From a bacterium (GTDB lineage: Bacteria; Bacteroidota; Bacteroidia; Bacteroidales; UBA932): a DNA stretch of 64,000 nt. Made by a program: the position numbers and the translations under genes. Shown here in pieces: positions 27,752 to 35,895 of this stretch (the first letter of the stretch is position 1; every line of letters starts with the position of its first letter). The notes under the pieces are model-generated. The model was given only the letters and a program-made list of their open reading frames with translations, was not told the origin of the DNA and did no database searches. Location of the stretch: the NCBI GenBank assembly GCA_963640535.1, contig CAVHYU010000003.1:56620-120619 (forward strand), read 5' to 3'.

Positions 27752-29380
27752 CTAAATTGACGAAATTTCTGCAACTTCATCTTCAAAAGTCTGGGGCCGG
27801 AGGGCTTTCAGGCGAGTTCTGGAGCGGTAAGCATAGATGGTTGAACGGGAGTAGCGCAAAAGAGTGGAGATGCGGTCCGTTGAAGTGATGCCGAGGCGGA
27901 TGAGAGCATATATCCTCAGTTCAGGAGTGAGGGCGTTCCTGTCAGGACAGGAAAGGGCGAAATCCGGTTTTAACAGGGCGTTCACATCACTCAGAAATGT
28001 AGGAAAAAGCGAAAGGAAAGTGCGGTCGAACACCCCGTAGAACGAGTTCCATTCTTCATCCACTACTGCATTGGATTTCAATTCCTTTGAAAGTGCCGCT
28101 TTCTCCCCGTCCATCGAAAGACGGTTCAGACGACGCCTGTACTGGTCCAACCTTTCTATTCTGGCGATGCACTCAAGCATAAGCCCGGTGATATAGACAT
28201 TTTTAATGTCACTCGCTTCCCTTAGGGACTCATTTGCTTGTTGCTGAAGCACTTGGGCCGCCTGTAACTCTTTTGTTAGGCTTGCAAGAGAGTTTTTTCT
28301 GCGCCTAAGCAGAAGCACAAGAAGAGCCATCACGCCAAAAAGAACTGTCGTAAAAACGAGGCAGCACACCAGAATAATCATATTGCGGTGCTTTATGGCA
28401 AGATAGGATTCGTTTACGATGGAAATAATCGGAGCTACGGCATCTACCTTCAGCCGGGCTTTGCAGAATGAGGCATCATCAAGGGCTTTTTTCAGGTAGC
28501 GGTGAGCTCTGGTTATGTCCCCGTCCTCATAGAGCATCATAGCAAGGGAACGGAGTGAAACATACTCTTTCTTGGCGTTCAGAATGTCGGAAACAGATGA
28601 AATGACAAGATATTCTTCAACTTTGTCCCTTAGGCCCAGAGAGGTGTAGATGTCAGCGACAGAAAGCGCTACCGGGCCTTTCCGGGAGTCGGACACGGGA
28701 AGGGAGTCACAGAAAGGGAGAAGTTCCGCGAGCGCTTCGGCGTATTTTCCTTTTTCGACGAGTTTGTCGCTTGAAGTCCGAGCATTTTCAGGGGAAATAA
28801 TCAGGAGGGAGTCTTTAACTTCCGAAGATTTTTTGCGGTAAAACTCAGTCACCTCCGGGTCAAAACTTAATTCGGCAAGTGTCGAATATATGAAGGAATA
28901 GTAATCGTAAGCCTCTATGAGACAGGATTTCGATGCGGTTCTACGGTTTATCGCGTCCAGATGTGCAAGAGCCTCTGAATGGAGTCCTGCGGTTTCGTAT
29001 TCCTTGCCCAGAGCAAGATGGCTTTCGTTGATGCAGAGAGGATCGCCGATTTTTTCGGCAAGACAGAGCGAGGCTTTTGCATAGACGGTGGCGGAGTCAG
29101 TCCGAAACTTGTCGTAGAGCCGCCGGATAGTGGAAATAAGCCTGTAGCGGTCCTGGAGGGAACCGGCTTTCTTGAGAAGAGCCTTGCAGGAATCGATTTT
29201 ATGTAGTCTCACTCCGTCATACAGCGAAGCATTGTCAATGGCACGATCAAGGTCGGAGAGAGTATGATATGACTTTTGCGGATTGAAATCAGCAAGTTCC
29301 ATCTCCTGACTTTCCGCAGCCGCCGCGGGAAAAGACAGAAGGGTTATCAGCGAAAGAAGTGCGATGAATATTTTTCTCAT
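27752..29380 (-). CDS. DUF6377-domain membrane-anchored transcriptional regulator (SusR-like)
   Basis: Signal peptide, helical periplasmic region, TM helix, FD-x-TFL-x-LFP-x-F, LTPELRIYALIRLGI...LRYSRSTIYAYR HTH. Start placed at MRKIF. Confidence 0.8.
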   Translation of the reverse strand: MRKIFIALLSLITLLSFPAAAAESQEMELADFNPQKSYHTLSDLDRAIDNASLYDGVRLHKIDSCKALLKKAGSLQDRYRLISTIRRLYDKFRTDSATVYAKASLCLAEKIGDPLCINESHLALGKEYETAGLHSEALAHLDAINRRTASKSCLIEAYDYYSFIYSTLAELSFDPEVTEFYRKKSSEVKDSLLIISPENARTSSDKLVEKGKYAEALAELLPFCDSLPVSDSRKGPVALSVADIYTSLGLRDKVEEYLVISSVSDILNAKKEYVSLRSLAMMLYEDGDITRAHRYLKKALDDASFCKARLKVDAVAPIISIVNESYLAIKHRNMIILVCCLVFTTVLFGVMALLVLLLRRRKNSLASLTKELQAAQVLQQQANESLREASDIKNVYITGLMLECIARIERLDQYRRRLNRLSMDGEKAALSKELKSNAVVDEEWNSFYGVFDRTFLSLFPTFLSDVNALLKPDFALSCPDRNALTPELRIYALIRLGITSTDRISTLLRYSRSTIYAYRSRTRLKALRPQTFEDEVAEISSI

Positions 29381-29435
29381 TCTGCAAATATCGGGAATTA
29401 TCATTGATTTGCACAACTAATCGACACTGAGAACC

Positions 29436-29470
29436 AAAAAAAGGTGACCGGAGTTCCGATCACCTTTTTT
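29436..29470 (-). terminator. Intrinsic terminator downstream of rpmE2
   Basis: AAAAAAGGTGA...TCACCTTTTTT hairpin with T tract. Confidence 0.7.
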
Positions 29471-29489
29471 GGGTATAATGAAATTTGAA

Positions 29490-29741
29490 TTATTTCTTCT
29501 TGTTGGCGTAACGCTGGTAGAACTTGTCCACGCGGCCGGCTGTGTCGACGAGCTTCATCTTGCCTGTGTAGAACGGATGTGAAGTGTTGGAGATTTCGAC
29601 CTTTACCACTGGGTACTCAACACCTTCGATTTCAATTGTTTCGCGTGTGTTAGCGCAAGATCTTGTAATGAAGACCTGATCGTTGGACATATCCTTGAAA
29701 GCTACAAGACGGTAGTTTTCGGGATGAATTGACTTTTTCAT
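29490..29741 (-). CDS. rpmE2: 50S ribosomal protein L31 type B
   Basis: [19 protein letters not shown]...SHPFYTGK...DTAGRVDKF; no CxxC zinc ligands. Confidence 0.95.
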   Translation of the reverse strand: MKKSIHPENYRLVAFKDMSNDQVFITRSCANTRETIEIEGVEYPVVKVEISNTSHPFYTGKMKLVDTAGRVDKFYQRYANKKK

Positions 29742-29912
29742 TTTTCTATTGTTTTTAATTGAATTTCAATCTGTTCCGCAGCGCCAAAGCGGCCGCGCCC
29801 CAAAAAGGGAGCGCAAATGTACGCAATATTTCGTTAATTGCAAAATTATGAGGAAAGTTTTGCGCTAAACTTTCACTTTCCACTGGAGATTCGGAGCGGG
29901 GCTCCGTACTCT

Positions 29913-29946
29913 TTTTGTTGAGATAAGAGGATTTGGGCCTCTACAA
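29913..29946 (-). repeat. Degenerate tandem copy of the tRNA-Gln 3' end
   Basis: 34-bp match to 29952..29985 with 3 mismatches. Confidence 0.85.
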
Positions 29947-29956
29947 CTCCATTTTG

Positions 29957-30027
29957 TTGAGATAAGAGGATTCGAACCTCTACAAAGAGAACCAAAATCT
30001 CTTGTGCTGCCATTACACCATATCTCA
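29957..30027 (-). tRNA. tRNA-Gln (TTG)
   Basis: TGAGATATGGTGTAATGGCAGCACAAGAGATTTTGGTTCTCTTTGTAGAGGTTCGAATCCTCTTATCTCAA folds as a cloverleaf with TTG anticodon and GTTCGAATC T-loop. Confidence 0.95.
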
Positions 30028-30030
30028 GTA

Positions 30031-30431
30031 TATTCACCCCTCCCGTCCCCTCTGTAGGGGAAGTGGTGCTCCGTCTTCCCTATCAACACTTGCCCGCCCC
30101 TTCAAAGACTGCGCACGGCGCTCTTGCGCCTTTTATTCACCCCTCCCGTCCCCTCTGTAGGGGAAGTGGTGCTCCGTCTTCCCTATCAACACTTGCCCGC
30201 CCCTTCAAAGACTGCGCACGGCGCTCTTGCGCCTTTTATTCACCCCTCCCGTCCCCTCTGTAGGGGAAGTGGTGCTCCGTCTTCCCTATCAACACTTGCC
30301 CGCCCCTTCAAAGACTGCGCACGGCGCTCTTGCGCCTTTTATTCACCCCTCCCGTCCCCTCTGTAGGGGAAGTGGTGCTCCGTCTTCCCTATCAACACTT
30401 GCCCGCCCCTTCAAAGACTGCGCACGGCGCT
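30031..30431. repeat. Tandem array of 103-bp units (three full copies plus one 92-bp partial, identical)
   Basis: Units start at 30031, 30134, 30237 and 30340. A 22-bp direct repeat follows at 30421..30442 and 30463..30484. Confidence 0.95.
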
Positions 30432-30499
30432 TTAGCGCCTGTACTATCTCTTTAGCCCAGCTCGCACGGCGCTTTAGCGCCTGTTTGCTAATTGGGGTG

Positions 30500-30530
30500 C
30501 AAATTTAGGGAAAAATTTGCTTTTTGCAAA
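30500..30530 (-). promoter_or_regulatory. Bacteroidetes housekeeping promoter for tRNA-Gln (TTTG-N19-TAAATTTG)
   Basis: -7 box at 30500..30507 and -33 TTTG at 30527..30530 with 19-nt spacing. Confidence 0.7.
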
Positions 30531-30575
30531 ATACTGTTCGGCCTATACTGAATACTTTCCCCTACTAACCTTCCT

Positions 30576-31304
30576 CTACATATAGAAAATCAGGATGTAG
30601 CAGAGGGCGGCGAAGGCGCCTCCGGCGAGAGGGCCGAGGACCGGAACCCAGCTGTAGCCCCAGAGGCTGTCACGCTTCGGGCTCTTGAAAGGAAGAACTG
30701 CGTGGGCGATGCGTGGAGCAAGGTCGCGGGCGGGATTTATTGCATAACCCGTAGCGCCGCCGAGCGACATACCGATTGACATAATGAGCATAGTCACAGG
30801 GAACGCCCCCATTGCGCCCAACCCCACTGCCGGGATGTTCGAGTTGGTGCCGAACATAAGGATGCAGAAAACAAGAAGCCACGTTCCTGTAAACTCGCAA
30901 AAGAAATTCCTGAGGGGGTTCGAAACTGCGGGCATCGTGCAGAAGGTGCCGAGTTTCGTATCAGGATCCTCCGTAGCGTCATACTGGTCTTTATAGAAAG
31001 CCCAGACGAGCACAGCTCCGGCGAAGCCCCCGAGCATCTGCGCGAGGACATAGAGCGGAACCTCAATCCACGGCATCTGTCCCGTGAGAGCCACGGCGAG
31101 AGTCACAGCCGGATTGAGATGAGCTCCGGAATAGGGCCCAGCGATGAAAACTCCGCACATTACAGCGAAGCCCCAGCCGAGAGTAACCACCACCCAGCCT
31201 GCGCCTTTGCCCTTTGATTTTTCGAGACTTGTGCAGGCGCACACACCGTCACCGAGAAGAATCAGCACCAGAGTGCCGAGAAATTCCGCAAGATATGGAT
31301 TCAT
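30576..31304 (-). CDS. glpF: Glycerol uptake facilitator (MIP family)
   Basis: SGAHLNPAVT and GYAINPARD motifs; follows glpK. Start placed at MNPYL. Confidence 0.9.
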   Translation of the reverse strand: MNPYLAEFLGTLVLILLGDGVCACTSLEKSKGKGAGWVVVTLGWGFAVMCGVFIAGPYSGAHLNPAVTLAVALTGQMPWIEVPLYVLAQMLGGFAGAVLVWAFYKDQYDATEDPDTKLGTFCTMPAVSNPLRNFFCEFTGTWLLVFCILMFGTNSNIPAVGLGAMGAFPVTMLIMSIGMSLGGATGYAINPARDLAPRIAHAVLPFKSPKRDSLWGYSWVPVLGPLAGGAFAALCYILIFYM

Positions 31305-31387
31305 AATTCGTTCAACTTGGCAACTCAACTTTCGCGAGTGCCTAACCTATTCATATATAACACCTTACAATAGGTGTCGGGATAAAA

Positions 31388-32866
31388 CTATCGTGTCAAT
31401 GTTCTTGAAATGGCATCAGCCCATCCTTTTTTCGCTGCAGCGACACTTTCCTCATCCATCGAAGGAGAGAAACTGCGCTCGGCCTCCCACTGGGCCTTCA
31501 CCTCGTCGAGACTCCCCCAGAAACCCACCGCAAGACCTGCAAGGTAGGCAGCTCCGAGAGCCGTCGTTTCGGTGACCTTCGGACGAACGACGCCGGTGCC
31601 TAAAATGTCGGCCTGGAACTGCATCAGCAGGTTGTTTCTGGAAGCTCCGCCGTCAACTTTAAGCCCTGACAGAGCCACTCCGGCATCCTTTTCCATCGCC
31701 GCCACTATGTCCATAGTCTGAAATGCGATGCCCTCGAGCGCCGCACGGGCGATGTGTGCCGCTGTGGTGCCACGGGTGATTCCGGTGATGCTTCCTTTCG
31801 CATACTGATCCCAATACGGAGCGCCGAGTCCGGTGAGAGCGGGCACAAAATAGACTCCCCCGTTGTCCGGAACGGATGATGCCAGCGCTTCGATTTCTGA
31901 AGAGGATTTTATGACTCCGAGCCCGTCCCTGAGCCACTGAACCACCGATCCTGCGACGAAAATCGAGCCTTCAAGCGCGTAGTTCACCTTGTCGCCGATT
32001 TTCCAGGCCACTGTCGTCAGCAGATTGTTCTTGGAAACGATAGGCTTCTCGCCCGTGTTCATAAGGAGGAAACAGCCGGTTCCGTAGGTGTTTTTCACTG
32101 AGCCAGGCTCTGTGCACATCTGCCCGAAGAGCGCCGCCTGCTGATCTCCGGCTATGCCTGCGACAGGGACATTTTCCCCGAGGAGAGAGGTTTGGCCGTA
32201 GATTTCCGAAGAAGATTTAACCTGGGGCATCATAGACTCCGGGATTCCGAGAAGATCCAGCAGGTCCTTATCCCACTGCAAGGTGTTGATGTTGAAGAGC
32301 ATAGTCCTCGCGGCGTTGCTCACATCTGTCGCGTGTTCGTGCCCTCCCGTAAGGTTCCACACCAGCCAGCTGTCCACTGTTCCGAAACGGAGTTCTCCCC
32401 TTTCGGCCCTCTCCCTTGCCCCCGGCACATTCTCGAGAATCCAGCGGATTTTCGTCCCGGAGAAATAGGCGTCGATTATAAGACCGGTTTTGCTGCGTAC
32501 AAGGTCCGTAAGCCCTGCGGCTTTAAGGGAGTCGCAGTACTCGCTTGTGCGCCTGTCCTGCCATACGATGGCGTTATAGACCGGTTTTCCGGTTGCGGCA
32601 TCCCAGACGATAGTGGTTTCCCTCTGGTTGGTGATGCCGATGGAGGCGATGTCTCCTCCGCCGAGTCCAAGCGAGGCAACAGCCTCAGTCATAACGGCAT
32701 ACTCGCTCGCCCAGATTTCCATCGGGTCGTGCTCCACCCATCCGGGCTGAGGAAAATGCTGGGTAAATTCCTTCTGACTGACAGCCTGAGGTTCTCCCCG
32801 GCGGTTGAAAACTATAGCCCTCGAGGAGCTTGTGCCCTGGTCGAGGGAAAGTATATATTCACGCAT
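31388..32866 (-). CDS. glpK: Glycerol kinase
   Basis: [48 protein letters not shown]. Confidence 0.95.
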   Translation of the reverse strand: MREYILSLDQGTSSSRAIVFNRRGEPQAVSQKEFTQHFPQPGWVEHDPMEIWASEYAVMTEAVASLGLGGGDIASIGITNQRETTIVWDAATGKPVYNAIVWQDRRTSEYCDSLKAAGLTDLVRSKTGLIIDAYFSGTKIRWILENVPGARERAERGELRFGTVDSWLVWNLTGGHEHATDVSNAARTMLFNINTLQWDKDLLDLLGIPESMMPQVKSSSEIYGQTSLLGENVPVAGIAGDQQAALFGQMCTEPGSVKNTYGTGCFLLMNTGEKPIVSKNNLLTTVAWKIGDKVNYALEGSIFVAGSVVQWLRDGLGVIKSSSEIEALASSVPDNGGVYFVPALTGLGAPYWDQYAKGSITGITRGTTAAHIARAALEGIAFQTMDIVAAMEKDAGVALSGLKVDGGASRNNLLMQFQADILGTGVVRPKVTETTALGAAYLAGLAVGFWGSLDEVKAQWEAERSFSPSMDEESVAAAKKGWADAISRTLTR

Positions 32867-32938
32867 TCTGGTTATTGTTATAGTATCGTTCTAAATGATT
32901 TGTGAAGAAATGGATATAACCCAAAAAGACACAGAAAT

Positions 32939-33508
32939 TTAGTCATTCAGATGCATCAGGGAGGCTACAGGTGCTATCTTCTCCAGCCTCTTCGCACCGT
33001 GAAGATCGTCAATCTCCACAAGGAAAACAAATTTCTTCACGACGACCTTGCGGACAACCCCGTCCTTCTCAATGACCGCCCCCTGAAGCGACTGGGCGAG
33101 AGCCTCTGCTGTGCCTCCGGTGGCAAGGATGTCGTCAAGGATGGTCACCTCGATGTTCTCCCCCGTGAGAGGGCCGGCGGCAACATCGCTCTTGCGGTAG
33201 AAAAGCCTGTCCGCGCCATATTCCTTCATAATGTCAAGACCCACGAGATCTCCCTCCTTGTAGGGAAGTTTGCCGCTTTTGCGCACCGGAATCACATTGC
33301 TCACAACCCCGTCCGTAAGAAGAAGCGGAGTGCCGAAAAGGAAGCCGCGCGCCTCCGGAACTGCAAGATTCGGGGTGTCGATGACCGCGTCGAGTTCTCC
33401 GATGACTTCTTTGAAATCTTCCTTTGAATAAAGGAACGGCATTATGTCGATGAAATTGATGCCCTTTTTAGGGAAATCGAGATAGAAATGGAGCTTGTCC
33501 TGTAACAT
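32939..33508 (-). CDS. apt: Adenine phosphoribosyltransferase
   Basis: DFPKKGINFIDI, EARGFLFG, RKSGKLP, LDDILATGGT. Confidence 0.85.
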   Translation of the reverse strand: MLQDKLHFYLDFPKKGINFIDIMPFLYSKEDFKEVIGELDAVIDTPNLAVPEARGFLFGTPLLLTDGVVSNVIPVRKSGKLPYKEGDLVGLDIMKEYGADRLFYRKSDVAAGPLTGENIEVTILDDILATGGTAEALAQSLQGAVIEKDGVVRKVVVKKFVFLVEIDDLHGAKRLEKIAPVASLMHLND

Positions 33509-33687
33509 AATATATAAGTATAGTTAAATATCATATAACCGGGGATGGAGTTTTCTCTTGGGGGCCGAAGCCCGCACCTTAGTGGATATCCCCGCGCACA
33601 GGTGGGCAAAGTTAGGAATATTTTTTAATTTTGCAGGCTTTTTGACCCGGGTTTATGACCACTGGGACAAACGAGAAACATATCGCA

Positions 33688-33756
33688 TAGATACACACGC
33701 GCTTACGCGCCTCACACTTATTTAGATACACACGAACTTAGGCAATTCACACTTAT
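33688..33756 (+). repeat. Two imperfect 35-bp direct repeats upstream of the PmbA-like gene
   Basis: TAGATACACACG...TCACACTTAT at 33688 and 33723. Confidence 0.7.
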
Positions 33757-35149
33757 GATAATTTCGGACGAAGAACGATCCTTGGCAAGGGAGGCGATGC
33801 GCTTTGCCCTGGGCGAAGGGATGGACGGAGTGAGGGTGACACTTTCAAAGAGCGTTTCCAATTCCCTCACTATGCTCGACGGAGAAATCGACAACACATC
33901 CCGCTGCGCTGACTCTTCGCTGACGTTCTGCCTTTTTGCAGACTCCCGCTACGGGACATTCTCCACCAACAGGCTGGAAATGAACTCGTTGCGCTCTTTC
34001 CTCAGAAAGGCCTGCGAGACCGTGAGGCTTATGGAGCAGGACCCATTCAGGAGGCTTCCCGAGAAGGAGCGGATGGCGAAGGACGCCGTGACCGGACTTG
34101 AGGCGGAGCTGTGGGACGGGAGAGTCCTGGAGATTTCTCCCGAGCAGAGGCTTGAGGCGATTAAGTCTATGAGGCTGAAGCAGTTGGAAGGGAGCGTGGA
34201 AGTGGATGGCGCGGGAGGAAACTCCTCAGAGATGAAATGGAGCGCAGCGAGCGAAGAAGACGACTACGCAGACTACGCCGAGGAAGTATATCTTATTGAT
34301 TCGCAAGGGTTTGAGGGGCGTTCTCTGGAGAGCAGCATTTCCTGCTCCTCCCAGGTGACCATTCTGGCTGAGGACGGCCGGCGTTACAGCGCCTACTGGT
34401 GGGACGCTTCGTCCGTATGCGGGGTCATTCATCCCGAGGCCTGCGCCCTGACGGCGCTCTCCAGAGCTCTTGAAAAGATTAATCCGAAGGGCATCGAAAG
34501 CGGAGTTTACAGGGCCGTAGTTGACGGGAACATAGCCTCGAAACTTCTAAGTCCCGTCATCGATGCTCTCGGGGCGTTCAGTCTTCAGCAGAAAATGTCC
34601 TTTCTTGTCGGCAGCAAGGGAAAGAAGGTGTTTTCCGGAGGGATGACCCTGTCGGACAAGGCGCGAGAAAAGGGAAAGCAGGGAGCGAGAATGTTTGATT
34701 CAGAAGGAGTTGCGACCTGCGACAGAGCCATCGTCGAGAACGGAGTCGTTAAGAATTATTTTGTCAATACCTATATGTCCCGAAAGATGGGAGAAGCACC
34801 GACGGTGGAGGATATTTCTCGTCCGGTGCTTTCCGCGTGGAACGGATTTGGAAAAGACGGGGAAAAAGCGTTAACTTTGGAGGATATTGTGCGGGAGTGT
34901 GGCGAAGGGGTCCTTATCGGGGAGTTCAACGGCGGAAACTGCAACCCTGTGACGGGCGACTACTCTTTCGGGGTGGCCGGCTTTGTGATTCGCGGGGGGA
35001 AAGTCTGCGAGCCCTTCCGGGAAATGCTTATGACGGGGAACATAGTGGAGTTGTGGAACTCGCTTCTTGCCGTGGGGGACGATGCGCGGGAGTGCGGAAG
35101 ATGGAAACTGCCGACGCTTGCCTTCGAGGGGGTGAGCCTTAATGCGTAA
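33755..35149 (+). CDS. TldD/PmbA-family protein (PmbA/TldE-like)
   Basis: FDSEGV, GNCNPVTGDYSFG, EMLMTGN; no HExxxH motif seen. Confidence 0.85.
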   Translation: MIISDEERSLAREAMRFALGEGMDGVRVTLSKSVSNSLTMLDGEIDNTSRCADSSLTFCLFADSRYGTFSTNRLEMNSLRSFLRKACETVRLMEQDPFRRLPEKERMAKDAVTGLEAELWDGRVLEISPEQRLEAIKSMRLKQLEGSVEVDGAGGNSSEMKWSAASEEDDYADYAEEVYLIDSQGFEGRSLESSISCSSQVTILAEDGRRYSAYWWDASSVCGVIHPEACALTALSRALEKINPKGIESGVYRAVVDGNIASKLLSPVIDALGAFSLQQKMSFLVGSKGKKVFSGGMTLSDKAREKGKQGARMFDSEGVATCDRAIVENGVVKNYFVNTYMSRKMGEAPTVEDISRPVLSAWNGFGKDGEKALTLEDIVRECGEGVLIGEFNGGNCNPVTGDYSFGVAGFVIRGGKVCEPFREMLMTGNIVELWNSLLAVGDDARECGRWKLPTLAFEGVSLNA

Positions 35150-35209
35150 AGGACACGAGCCTTGGCGAGGCATAGTTTTAACAGATAATTTTTTAACAAT
35201 CAATACAAT

Positions 35210-35803
35210 ATGAAAATCGAAAAACACACAGTTGTGGCTCTTACATACGAGCTGAATGTTGACGGAAAGATTGCGGACAAATGCACCGCTGAACGCCCCC
35301 TTGAATTCATCCAGGGAATGGGCTACCTTCTTCCGAGATTCGAGGAGGAGATTGCAGGCCTTGAAGAGGGCGGGAAATTCGCATTTACGCTCACGCCGAA
35401 GGAGGGATATGGCGAGGTTGACCCGCAGAGGATAATCGACCTCCCGATTGAGGCGTTCTCAGACCAGGACGGAAAAATCCGCCACGACCTTCTCGTCGAG
35501 GGCAGCGACATCACTCTCGTGAACCAGTTCGGCCAGCCTGTTCCGGCGAAAATCGTGAAGGTGGAGGAGAAGACCGTGAAGGTTGACGTGAACCACCCTA
35601 TGGCGGGCAAGACCCTGAATTTCACGGGCGAGATTGTCAGCGTGCGCCCGGCCACCGAGAAGGAGATCAAGGAAGGTCTGCACGGAGAGCTTGCCGGAGG
35701 CTGCAGCGGATGCGGCGGAAACTGCGGTGAAGGCGGATGCGAAGGTGGCTGCGGAGAAGGCTGTGGAGAAGGCGGATGCAAGGGCGGCTGCGACTGCAAA
35801 TAA
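35210..35803 (+). CDS. slyD: FKBP-type peptidyl-prolyl isomerase, SlyD-like
   Basis: PLEFIQG, VDVNHPMAGKTLNF, VRPATEKEI, Cys/Gly-rich tail. Confidence 0.88.
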   Translation: MKIEKHTVVALTYELNVDGKIADKCTAERPLEFIQGMGYLLPRFEEEIAGLEEGGKFAFTLTPKEGYGEVDPQRIIDLPIEAFSDQDGKIRHDLLVEGSDITLVNQFGQPVPAKIVKVEEKTVKVDVNHPMAGKTLNFTGEIVSVRPATEKEIKEGLHGELAGGCSGCGGNCGEGGCEGGCGEGCGEGGCKGGCDCK

Positions 35804-35895
35804 ATCGTCTTAGGGGGCTCCTATTCCAAATCCCACGCACATAATAAGGAAACTCAAGTTTCGCAAATGCGAAAGTTAAATAAGGAAACTTCACT

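Noticed and set aside
7016..29985. The SusCD locus as a tRNA-integrated genomic island
   Set aside because: No integrase and no distal att copy was seen near 7 kb, and the core gene rpmE2 lies between the tRNA and the locus.
30031..30431. CRISPR array
   Set aside because: The units are identical over their full length, with no variable spacers, and no cas genes are present in the window.
29865..30508. ORFs 29865..30089, 30063..30263, 30124..30366 and 30227..30508
   Set aside because: They are translations of the tRNA and of a 103-bp (non-triplet) repeat.
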